NCBI GenBank assembly: GCA_965153455.1 | Contig: OZ234493.1 | Coordinates: forward strand, 25,224,213-25,288,212 | DNA length: 64,000 nucleotides | Source of the DNA: Sphagnum compactum | Lineage: Eukaryota | Reading direction: 5' to 3' | In this document: positions 40,001 to 51,214 of the stretch, piece by piece | Numbering within the stretch: the first letter of the stretch is position 1 | How the letters are laid out: the number at the start of each line of letters is the position of its first letter | Program-made: the position numbers and the translations under genes | The notes under the pieces: model-generated | What the model was told of the DNA's origin: nothing | Databases searched by the model: none | Seen by the model: only the letters and a program-made list of their open reading frames with translations

Positions 40001-43000
40001 AGTTGTCCAGTTTGTCACCAACAATGATGACCTCCAGGTATAGCATATGGACATAGCTTCCTGGATGTTTCTGGCAACATGAAGATGGCTTTGAGAATAT
40101 GATATTGTTCCTCAGATAGATAATGATTTAGATATGACAATATTGAACCATTACTGCTCAGAGTTTCAACTTCTGTGCCATCTGTGCCTGACTCATTGAG
40201 GACCCTGCTAGTGGAAAGTCCTCCTTCAAACTTCAAGTTCTCTTCCGATCTTGTCCCAGACTGCAAGTACTCAGAAAGTGGATTATTACATATTATCTAT
40301 CCACTGAAATGTGTTGTGGAAGATAGGCATTTGCTGCAGCAAAGGCTCGGGATTACCTCGACAAGCCAGCAGTGCATGAAACCATGGTGAAGGTGATGAT
40401 CATTCTGAATCACAGAGACTTATGAATGTTTTAGCACTGAAACTTTTGTCTAGCATTGAATTGTGGACAACCAGGAATAGCATATGCTTGACATGTTAAT
40501 TGTATGGACAGATTGCTATGAACCACATTGCTGTAGTTTTCTGGAAAGGATAGTGTGTCACTAGGCTCAGGGGTTGTTTACTTTTCCTCAAAAGATCCAG
40601 ATTTGAGATTGGTGCAGGTGGCAGGATACTTGCTCGGAGAATATAGCCATCTACTGGCCAGGCGACCAGGTTGCAGTCCCAAGGAGGTGTTCCACATCAT
40701 TCATGACAAATTTCCAACTGTCACGTACACCCTCTGCCAATGTTATCACCTTTCTGGGTGTACTGTCCTGCAGACGTGTTTGTTACTGACCCTGAACAAT
40801 AAAGGAATTGTGCTATCCTGTTGCCTACTATCACAAGAGCAGATCTTACCTCTCAGATTGCTAGCAGTCAAAAGACGTGGCCCTCTCAGGTCAAATAGAG
40901 ACGAGCTATTGGAAGAGGTGTAAGTATTGGAGGCATGATGGTCTGCTGCTTTGCACTCAGACATGAGTGTGTCAATCCCTTGCAAGGGATTGACTTTGCA
41001 TGTTTTTCTGAATGTTGCATCTGTCTTATTTGGTTTTGTGATGTTTTGCAGAACTCCAACAAAGGCGCTATTGTTATCAGCATATGTGAAGATACTGATG
41101 CACTCTCAGCCTCCTGACCAAGAGTTACAGGCACAGGTTGATGAAGTATTTAAGAGGTAGCATTCTCTCAATAGCTTGTATGGGATTTGTTTTTTATTCT
41201 CATTCTGTGATTCCCCAAAATAATACTCTCTCTCTTTTTCTCATGCTTTTTTTTTGATTAGCCTCTTTGTTGGCAAGTAGATGTGAGAGCTTCATTGATG
41301 CTGAAGTACAGCAGCGGGCAGTGGAGTACATCATTCTGAGTCACAAGGGACCATCAATGATGGACATTATGGCAGAAATGCCTAAGTTTCCTGAGCGTCA
41401 GGTGCACGTCTCTTGTGACCTGATTACCATTAGGGCTGATTGTCCCTGCATTTGGTATTTGCTTCAAGAATTGCATGTTCATACTTATGCTCAAGATTCT
41501 GTTTGATGGGGTATGGGTCTGATGGGAATTTAGTCAGCACTAATAAAGAAAGCGGAGGACGCTGAAGGAGAACCCACGGAGATGAGTGCAACCAGGTTGC
41601 GGCAGCGTCAAAACTCTATGGCCTTGGTTGTTGCAGACCCAGGCTCTGCCAATGGTGGCCTTCCTCCACCTTCTGTATCTAAGGCTTCATCCACAACCCA
41701 CTACAGTACGGTATGGCAATAAGTTTTGATGAAGGCGAAGTTGTGATGGATTTAGACCATAGGCTAAGAAAGAGGTGGTTCTCACTTCACCAGTGCGAAG
41801 TTAAGAGAGAGAACTCAAAATGGTAGCTCAGGGATTGAATGGAAAACAAGTATAACTGCAGAAATCCTCCGAATACTCATCAAGAGCCACTTTAGAACAA
41901 GCCACAACATGACAGTCTGGCTTTTACATTTCTCATGCAGGAGCAGTTGGCGTTGCCAGAACCCCCCCCACCAGCACCAGAAACAGCCGCACCGGCAGCA
42001 CCTCAGAGTGCTTATGCAAATGGAACAAACAAGGCACCAGCACCTGCATCAACAAATGGTGACTTACTGGGAGATCTATTAGCACCACTGGCCTTAGAGG
42101 CACCTCCAATTTCCACTCCTTCCCCCCTCACTCAATCAGCTGATCCTGGAGAGCCTCTAGCTCTGGCACTGTATGATCAGCAAAACCAGATCAAGGTAAA
42201 TTTTCTTCGTGTTTGTTGTATCTCCCCTGGGCCTCAGTTCAATCTTTTGTTAGATGATCTTGCAGTACAGCGTGATGTTGATATATGTCAGAACATATGG
42301 TGCCAGTGACTCAGGTTTTGATTTGTTGTACTGACCACATATTTGATAGCTGGCTTGCTTGGGTGTTTGGATTATTCCAGTAAGATTGTTTTTCAATGAT
42401 ATGCGACATCCTCTGATTCATACATCTTTCAGTTGTTATTGAATTAAAAAACAAGTTTAGGTGAACATCAAGGAAAATATGCCTGATGAAGCAGGTTTGC
42501 TGAAGGAATGTCTATTGTTTACACCAGTCAGGAAGAGAACTGTGATTAGTGCTAGTTCTTGTAATGGTGCCTCAGGACTGAAGCATTCTTGCAAGATCCC
42601 TGAGCATGTGATGTGCTCATGTGATGCAGCCCATTGGAAGTATTGAGGATTGGTTTCGGGCACTGTCTTTGAAGGACAGCGGTGTGCTGTATGAGGATCC
42701 CTATATCCAGGTTAGTATTGCTCTTGTTAGCAATGAGAGACTGGCATCCTTGGTTCGAGACCATAACTTGCTTACGTCTGCACTAACATGAGACTTGTTT
42801 GTCAGATTGGGATCAAGTCTGAATGGCGGGAGGCTCAAGCCAAAATGGTGTTGTTCCTTGGGAACAAGCATACAGCGCCATTGGTTAACATCAGGGTTTT
42901 GATACTGCCAGCTCCTCACTTAAAGATGCAATTCTCTCGAGTTCCTGATACCATTCCTCCAAGAGCTCAGGTTGCCTTATACTGATGCCTTCCATTCAAG

Positions 43001-45930
43001 AATACAACTGGACTATTGTTACTTGAAGTTTTGTTTCTTGCACAGAAATAATTGTGTCAGCCAGCTGTGTTCATAAATTATATCATTAATTCTTCTATAA
43101 ATCCATCTGAGGATCACCGTATATGTAATCCTTATAATGGGCACCAAGTGGGAATTGGATCCAAGTTTCCAAGGAGAACTAGTTGTTGGTGTACCATTGA
43201 CTCCAAGAGCAACTCTGGATCCAGTTATATCCTCAATTATTACCCACCTACCGTACAGGGCTTTGCCATGTCTCCTCACCAGCCACTATCAATTTCATTA
43301 CATTCTCTCATGATAGTTGATGCTGTTGTGCTGCCCCCTACCAATATATACTATGGAATGGTAGAGCCCCTGCCCATTATATTGGGTCAGGTGCAAGGCA
43401 AGCCTGTTAGAGCAAGCTAGGTGATCTAGTCAACATAATGGGCAAGGGTGAGAGCATTCCATGACACATCAAGGTCAGGTGGCAGATTCAACCATTTAGA
43501 AAAAAAATAATGTTCAAGAGACACATTTTGGTCACTATTATGAGTGTCTGATCATCATCCAAAGATTGTCATATAAGCTGGTCAAGAAAAGTACAGAATC
43601 TGCCACCACGGACCTTAATGCTTTGGGAGTTGCTGTGAACCCTGACTTGTGGACCAGTGAGGCATGCACTAGTTGATGATTGGTATGATTTGCAGGTGCA
43701 AGTCCCTGTGGAGGTGACATGCTTGAGTGCCAGCAGGGAGACTGCAGTTCTTGACTTTAGTTACACCATCTCCACTCTGCCAGTGAGTATCTTATCTTTC
43801 ATCTGTTTGCTGTGTTTTCTCAGCCTTATTCCTGCTCACTGTTTTTACGTGTATCATGCAATTACTGTACTGTGTAGTGTGATAGAAAATGAATTCCTAT
43901 TTTTTTATGGGTCATTTCCTCCTCTGACATCACTGAGTACAGAGTGTCGCCTTGCACTGTTTCCTCCCTGTTAAGGAAATTTAGCATAGATCAGGATGGC
44001 AGTTGACTACCTGGAATCCATGTAGCATCAATGTGAATGTGTGCATGTGTTTCTTGGTTCTGAACATGGCTGGGTCTTCTGGTTGTGTGTTCTGCACTCA
44101 CATTTATGTGCTCTCAAGAACAAGGGAAAATTGATTGTGGCCTACCATGCATCATGCTGATGCCCCCCTGATCAGAAACAATAACCAAATTAAGTCTACA
44201 CTTTATTTTCTTTGCCTGTGGAGTTAGCACTTTTTCCTTTCACTCTTTCCATCATCTATTTTTCTATCTGGCTTGCTCTGATATCTGATAACGGCTTATC
44301 CTTTATTTTGTTACATAGTGTTAGATGGATAGAAACTTCAAGGGCTTATAATATCCTGTTTTCTCTAAAGCTCAGCAACCTCAATGGAAACTTTGAATGT
44401 TGTGCACCAACAGGTCAATGTGAAGTTGCGTCTGCCAACTCTTATGAACAAATTTTTCCAAGCAGCTCCAGTATCAGCTAGTGATTTTGTGGCACACTGG
44501 CGAGCAATTGCTGGTGCACCCACAAAGCTTCAAGAGGTGGTAAGTACTGACACATTTATGGTTGGGTCTCAACTTCATCTGCAAGACCATCAGTCTCAAC
44601 TGAGTAACAACTTGAGCATCTTTGCCCATGGGAGTTTTCTTGCATTTCTGTGTTATTTATAAGTACCCTGTGCACAGATTCCTCCACTTCATTGCCCTTC
44701 TTTCTTTCTGCAACCTTTTCACTCAACATCTGGTAACAGTTTGTATCCCCTGAGCTGAACTCTAGTAAGGCCCATCTACCTGTTGGTTGCTGTGCTCTCC
44801 CGATTGTCATAAGAGTGTTGTTGGGTGTCTCAATATCTTGCTTGTAATGACATCAGAAAAAAATGGGGAAATGACAGGTTCGGGGTGTAAGGCCCATGCC
44901 TGTTTCAAATATGGGAGACCTTTTCAACAGTCTTCACATTGGTGTTGCTCCTGGGCTTGTGAGTTTGAGCATACCTGTCCTCTCCCCAGACCAGAAGCTA
45001 GTCTTTCCATTGGTGTTTTACTTGGTGGTCCACTTGCCCTCTGAGTGGTCTACTAAACATTTCTTGTTCATACCCTGGGCATGACTTGTTTTAGCTCATA
45101 TAGAATGGATTCAGAACAGCTATTTCACACATCAATGTCTGGATGTTTAGACATGCAGATTAAGGTCTTTCAGCATGATTCCAGTTTTCCATTACTTTTT
45201 CAGCTTTGTGAGAGCTGTCTTTGGGTAGCAGCATATTTTGTGACAGGTGGATTATGTTTTTGCAGGACCCTAATGTCAATAACATTGTGGCTGCAACAAC
45301 TTTCTTTTCACAGGCTGGAGCTACTCTTTGTTTGGTACTGTACAATGCTGACATTCCAGCTCTGATTTTTGCTTCCTAAAGGCCAGTGACAAAGTAATAA
45401 GGTGTTCAAATGCATGTGATACAACTAGGTTTGAAGGGGGTAGTTGAGCTGCAACTAATACCTTACAAATTAGAGAGCACCAGCTTTTGGCAGACCCAAG
45501 TAACTGCCAATAAAGAGGCAGCCCATTATGAATGGTGCATTATGGAGTGGTAGATTTACATGCAGTTGAGGAAAAGAGTTCATGCAAAAGGCTTGTCATA
45601 TGTGTTGGCAGGTTCGAGTTGAGACAGATCCATCAGACAGGACACAAATGAGATTGACAGTTGCATCGCAAGACCCGAATGTGACCTATGAGTATAATTT
45701 TTTTGCCTATTCCCTTTACTTCTGTGGGCCAGGTTTGCTTTTGAAGCAGTTCATGAGGTTTGTCTACCCTCTCTATTTAGTTGACTGAGGAATTTGGTGA
45801 CTGCAGGGTCAAGGAGTTCATTAAGGAGCAAGTAATCGACATTCCATTTGCCAGAACCCCTGCTCCGACACCCTCACCTGCTGTTATGGGGTTAACAGGT
45901 CCTGCTGCAGCCCTTGCAGGCCTAATTTGA
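34064..45930 (+). CDS. AP2A: AP-2 adaptor complex subunit alpha (alpha-adaptin), 27 coding exons, 1014 aa
   Basis: Exons: 34064-34195, 35024-35155, 35440-35565, 35741-35803, 36263-36360, 37221-37428, 37713-37784, 38337-38429, 38794-38895, 39099-39196, 39424-39505, 39640-39728, 39932-40037, 40327-40392, 40618-40724, 41052-41156, 41281-41401, 41534-41710, 41941-42195, 42630-42710, 42806-42970, 43696-43782, 44414-44539, 44878-44958, 45266-45334, 45612-45691, 45807-45930. All introns are GT-AG, total 3045 nt, in frame. Hallmark segments: [64 protein letters not shown], a Pro/Ala hinge with DLLGDL, and the ear domain [12 protein letters not shown]. Confidence 0.96.
43352..43463. mobile_element. 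Hairpin MITE-like element in AP2A intron 21; related copy at ~26115-26200
   Basis: Stem atggaatg..ccctgcccattatattg pairs with caacataatgggcaaggg..cattccat. Its reverse complement shares ccttgcccattatg...ctagct...acaggcttgcc with ~26117-26160. Confidence 0.55.
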
Positions 45931-47929
45931 GGACATGAAAGTTTTGCTGTCTGTCTTTTGCCTTGAGTTTCCACATTGTCTACATTATAAGTAGTCAGTG
46001 TTTTCCGGGAGTCCCTTCGATCTTGTTTAGTATGTCCTACATACAAAAAAGTCAGCAAATTTGTCTCAGTACATTTTAGCTTTACACGGTCTCTTACTAT
46101 CCAGATTAGGATGCCTGACCCATTATGTAGGCCCTTTTAGAAGGGAAGATTTCGATGATACATAGAAAGTGCATACATGGTATGTGCTGCTAGGTTCCAG
46201 CTTAGGATTGAGGAAAGTGGTGGCCGAAGTTGCGCTCGCACTGTCTCCTTAGTGTGGTTGCCTAGAAGGAAAAGTTGCAAGCTACAGCATATGTTCTTTG
46301 GAAGGGGGAATAGTAGACCATGCAAATGAAGATTGCTTATCCTCTGTAGATTACAGTATTTGTCAGGCCCTGTGTCCTGGTTCTCATTCATCAGGAATAA
46401 AGTAGTTTGTGGGTTGTTACAAGGATTTGAAGATGGTGGCTTCTGGTTTTATTGTGATTTCTATTTGAACATCTGAAATACTGATTGAGTTTGAGCCTTG
46501 CTCCAGGAGCATGATAGTTACTCACGTATTTGCTTGTAGCTACCATAAACACTGTAGTTAGAGGACTAGATTTGACGCCATCGGAAACAGAAGGGCTTGT
46601 CCCTTTAAATGGGAATAAGAATGCAAATGAGTGGAGAACAGGCCTGGGGCTGTTACAGACATCTGTCATGGGCATGGCGAAATCATGAACATCAGGTTTC
46701 AGTAGGGGGAACATCAGGATGACAGCAGCTAGGAATGGCAGATGTAGGATGAAAGAATATGGAACTACAGGGATGGCTGTGGCTAGGAATGACAATATGG
46801 AGAATGAAAGCAAGAAATGGCCGACTCATAAATGGAATGATGCAAAATGGTGGATGGAATGACAAAGCAATGTGATAAATCCTACTGCCTTTCACATTAT
46901 CATGACATTGTGACCCACATAGTTTCTGGGATCCAGACACTTCTCCCTAACCTACTGCAAACTCCATTGCCTCACCACAAGCCTCTCAGTCCTTGTGGTA
47001 CTTCAGGTGATGAAGTAACCTAAACCCACCATCACCTGTCCATCATCCACAAGCCCCAACCATCATCACACAAGGGCCGAGGGGATGCGCATGATTTACT
47101 GGAGACCTGTTGTTTGAGACATCCCTGGACTTGGACTCTTGGGACAGGACTTAAATGTGACCAATTTTGCAATGGCCTTGGTTCTGGATGTCAAAGGAGT
47201 TTGTCATCTCATCTTGCAAGGTCCTCAGTGCTTCTTTCCCACCTTCCCTTGTCGGGGTCAACATTTGGCCAGGATTTGATATTTGCTTCCACAGGTGCCC
47301 CACCATAAAAGTCCAGTTCTGCAAATACTGTATCCCTGACTTCTTTGTTGAATATTGGCACTTCTATGTCAAATAAATATTTATTTAGTTTAGAAAATGA
47401 AGTTGCGGAGTTTCAAATTCAATTTTTGAGAATTTCAACAGTTGAGGACTAAGTATGTGAAGTACACCTTGTGTTGTGTATTTGTAATAGTAACACAGTA
47501 GTTGGGATGGGAGTTTGATTCTCAAAAATTTCAACAAATACTAATAAAGTGTGTGTGTGTGTGTGTGTTTTACTAGACCTTTTGTGAATTATTTTGTGCT
47601 GAACATCAGTTGTAAGTATGGTACTAGATTGGTGGTGGGTTAGCTCCCCAGATACACATGTCTCTGCAGCCCAGTGTCCCAACTGATGGAAGGTTCTGGA
47701 TGATGGCATTCTCCTCAACTATATAATGGGTACCAAAGCCTGGGTTGAATAATTTGTCATTATCAACAGTGGTCCCAATGCATGCAGTTGAGTGTCTCCA
47801 TTGGACCTTAGTCAATGGCTGGGGTCCTCCTATCCTAAACAATGCTTACATCTTTTGGTGAATGATTATGCCACTTTTCTGTTCATGTTAAAAGCATTAG
47901 GAGCTGGGTAATGTTGGTGCTCTTCAACC

Positions 47930-48160
47930 TACTTGGCTAACCAAGGGCAGATTACCCACCGTAATGGGCAGCAGCTTGCCCCTTCTGTGGTATCACCTTG
48001 CAAATTGGTCAAAAGTGGTAGACCTTACCAATAGGTTCCCTAATTTGGCACACCTCCTTTACATCTCTTCAAGTCTTGCACAGTGTGTGCATACCTAGAC
48101 AATGGCAATCTCCTTGAAGAAATGCTATGCAGAGCTCACTTCTTGTTGAAGAGGCTGGGA
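47930..48160 (-). pseudogene. Possible CCCH zinc-finger gene remnant
   Basis: The minus strand reads SELCIAFLQGDCH then (frameshift) RYAHTVQDLKR, matching the ELC.xF.xG.C...C.YAH...L CCCH pattern. Confidence 0.35.
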
Positions 48161-48479
48161 TGACAAAAACCACCATTGGGTGTTGGTGTCGACTGCTCAC
48201 AATATAGCCTTTTCCTGCAACTTTGGTTCTGGCATTATTCTTTGTCTTAGTCTTGCTCTCTTTGCTCTAAGCACAGTTCCAATCCCCTGCCAATCCACAC
48301 CCATGTCTCTTCTTCCTTTGTCTTCTTCATGTGTCTCAATTCCAAGCATAATTTACTCCAATTTTTTTGGGTTTTCACATAGCAAATTGGAAAACAACAT
48401 GAAACTGGCAGATTGCAGGAAAATAATTTTTCACTGGAAGATCTTGTTGCTGGAAGACAGCAAGAAGTGAGGATAAATT

Positions 48480-49400
48480 AGAGATGGAAGGTGTGGAACC
48501 AACTTCATAACCTTGTGGAAGAAGCTTTCTTAAAGGGGTATGCACAATTCCCCTGTGCAATTTATGAACATATAATTTGAAGTGGTTGTGAGGCTGATGT
48601 CTTTGTGAAGGTGTAGCCTGGTTGACATGTATGCCAAATGTGGGAGCATGGATGATGCTGGGAGAGTGTCACTTGGACTACCATGATATTGGAACACGTC
48701 AAATGTGGGCAAGTACAGCAGGCACTAGAATTATTTTGACAAATGCAACATGAAGGTGTGCAGCCAGACTGTTACTATTGTAGGGTTGCTGAATGCATGT
48801 GCCAGCATACTTGAACTTGAAGAGGGCAGGTATATTCATGAACAGATCATTCAAAGTAGTTGCAAATCAATTTCTTTTGTGGCGAATAGCTTGGTTGACA
48901 TGTATACAAAATGTCGGAGCATGGATGATGCAGGGAGAGTGTTCAACAAGATGCCATTACACAATTTGGTCACCTGGACCACCATGGTATTGGGACATGT
49001 GAAATGTGGGCAAGGGAAGAAGGCACAGGAACTATTTTGGACAAAGGCAACAGGAACGTGTGCAGCCAGACTCTGTCACTTTTGTGGGGGTGCTGAATGC
49101 ATGTGCTTGTGTCCTTGCACTTGAAGAAGGCAGGTGTGCTCATGAGCAGATCATTCAAAGTGGTTGTGAGTCAATTTCTTTTGTGGGAAATAGCTTGATT
49201 GAAATGTATGCAAAATGTTGGAGCATGGAGGATGCTTGGAGATTTGTTCAACAAGATGCCATCACGGGATGTGGTCTCTTGAAATTCCATTCTTGGAGGA
49301 TGTGCCACGCATGGGCATGGTAAGGAAGCTCTTGAACATTTTGAATGGATGTGTGAAGGTGTACACCCATGATATCACTTTTGTTTTTCTGTCAGCCTGT
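48480..49400 (+). pseudogene. PLS-class pentatricopeptide repeat (PPR) pseudogene fragment
   Basis: SLVDMYAKCGSMDDAGRV, NLVTWTTMVLGHVKCGQGKKAQELF, VQPDSVTFVGVLNACA, EEGRCAHEQII, DITFV..SAC, split across frames by several frameshifts and stops. Confidence 0.9.
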
Positions 49401-49643
49401 ACAGACTACTGGCATCAAACATTAGAAATTTCCCCATTCTTTGCTGAATAAATTATTGCTTTGGTGGTTGTCAATTTGCTGTGGCAAATGACCAGTGCGC
49501 CGTTTCAGAATACTCCGGAGTGGATCTCCAGACTAACTCTACAAAGTTTCTCTCATTATTTCTCTGTGCCCACTGCTGGGAGTATTGATATTATGGTAGG
49601 CAGTCAATACTATATTTGTTGTTGTCAAGGGTCCCTGAACATG

Positions 49644-49941
49644 TGTATGACTATTGCTGATTATCAAACCCTTCATCAGTTTTTGGTTCTTGTGTTACAC
49701 TCATTGATTTGTTACTGTTATGTTGTTGATCTAAAGCCTTTGTATGACTATTGCTGATTATCAAACCCGTCATAAGTTGTTGGTTTTTTTTTTGGTGCTC
49801 ATTGATTTGTTACTGTTGTGTTGTTGATCTACAGCCTTTCGTATGACTATTGCTGCTTACCAAACCCGTCCTCAGTTTTTGGTTTTTGTTTTATGCTCGT
49901 TGAATTGTTACCGTTGTGTTTTTGATCTAAAGCCTTTTGTA
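49644..49941. repeat. ~98-bp tandem repeat, 3 copies
   Basis: tgtatgactattgctgattatcaaaccc...ttgatctaaagcctt units start at 49644, 49741 and 49840. Confidence 0.92.
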
Positions 49942-50862
49942 AGTACTACGTAACCTTATTAGTTGGTCATCATCTTTCAAATTCTATCCAGGTTGCATTG
50001 AATCACATGGAGATTTTATGACGACTTATGAAGAAATATGATTTAGCTAAGAGGGATCTCTCTCATCAAGAGTGCGACAATAGGCCTGTAAATTTGCTTG
50101 ACAGCAATGCCCCATGCAAGGTGTCACACCACAAAGGACGGGTACAAGTATCACCAGTTTTGGTCACTGTCAATTTCATTGCAAAGGAAGTGTTAGTATT
50201 GCAGTTTTCCCATGCATTGAAGGATCATTGAGTCTTTCCTGAGCAATTCTAGTACCAAAACAACAAACAAACAACAATTGATTGATGTGTCCAATACTAA
50301 GTACGTTGTTATTCGATTCCTTGAGGACCATCATAAAGCAGGACCATAATAAAGCACTCGAAGGTTTTTTGCTGTATTTGTGAGTGCACCTCCTCAGAAG
50401 ATTTGTTTGTCAGTTGAAGGAGCCTTTTGTGCTTTAGGCTGGGGAAGGTCTGCTCCCAGGAGCCTCCCCTAATTTGAGGGCCGACACCCTCGGGTGCGGA
50501 TTGCAATTTGGGAGTGACTCAAGATGATTGTGACCAAATGAATGTCGAGGAAACATAAGCGTATATTCAAATAATTTGCAACATAAGAATATATGGTGTC
50601 ATTGGACCAAGTTGTCATTGCATAAGATGTAATTAGTTGGCATATATTGAAGACAAGCAACAATCCACATGAATGAATCCACAATTAGTTTGCGCTTATC
50701 AATTCCTTTTAGGGCCAAATTACATGAACTTAACTACCTTGAGAGGTCAATTGGATGTAAAGACAAGTAACATGTACTGCTACAAGTGGAATCACTATTT
50801 TGTTTTACATTTATTGAGGGTAAAAAATTCAACTAGTGTTGAAAAGTGTTCAATATATTGTA

Positions 50863-51214
50863 CTAGTGTGAACCTGGTCCATAATGCACCCGTCGAGCTC
50901 CCCCCCGCCCGGTCCTTCCGATTGTCCATTTCGATTCTTTACCCCGTCGACTCCCCCCCCCCCCCGGTCCTTCGCATTTTCCACTTTGATTCTTTAACCC
51001 GTTGATCCCCCCCCCCCCCCCCCCCGTTCCCCTGCTATATATAATTAACTTCTCTTCCCGTGCTAGCCTCCCCCTGCCCGTGCTGGTCCCCCTCCGGCTG
51101 GCCCCCCCCTCCGCCCCGTCACCTATCACCCGCTACTTCACCGGCCTCTTCCTCCCCCACCCCCGAAAACCCCCATCACAGACAGACGAACTGTCTGAAT
51201 TAATATTATATTGG
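50863..51214 (-). mobile_element. Non-autonomous Helitron (minus strand)
   Basis: The minus strand begins atataatattaattcagacagttcgtctgtctgtg, has a G-rich body, an imperfect palindrome (plus ctggtcca-taa-tgcacccg, 50874-50892) and ends ttcacaCTAG|T at 50863. Confidence 0.6.

Noticed and set aside
45692..45806. U12-type intron in AP2A (donor GTATAATTT)
   Set aside because: Does not match the GTATCCTT U12 donor, and there is no TCCTTAAC branch site.
49644..49941. Possible CRISPR or ncRNA array
   Set aside because: Whole units are similar to each other, with no unique spacers; it is a simple tandem triplication.
46950..51214. Helitron capture of the PPR/CCCH fragments
   Set aside because: The Helitron's 3' CTAG end (50863) faces the fragments, so they lie outside the element.
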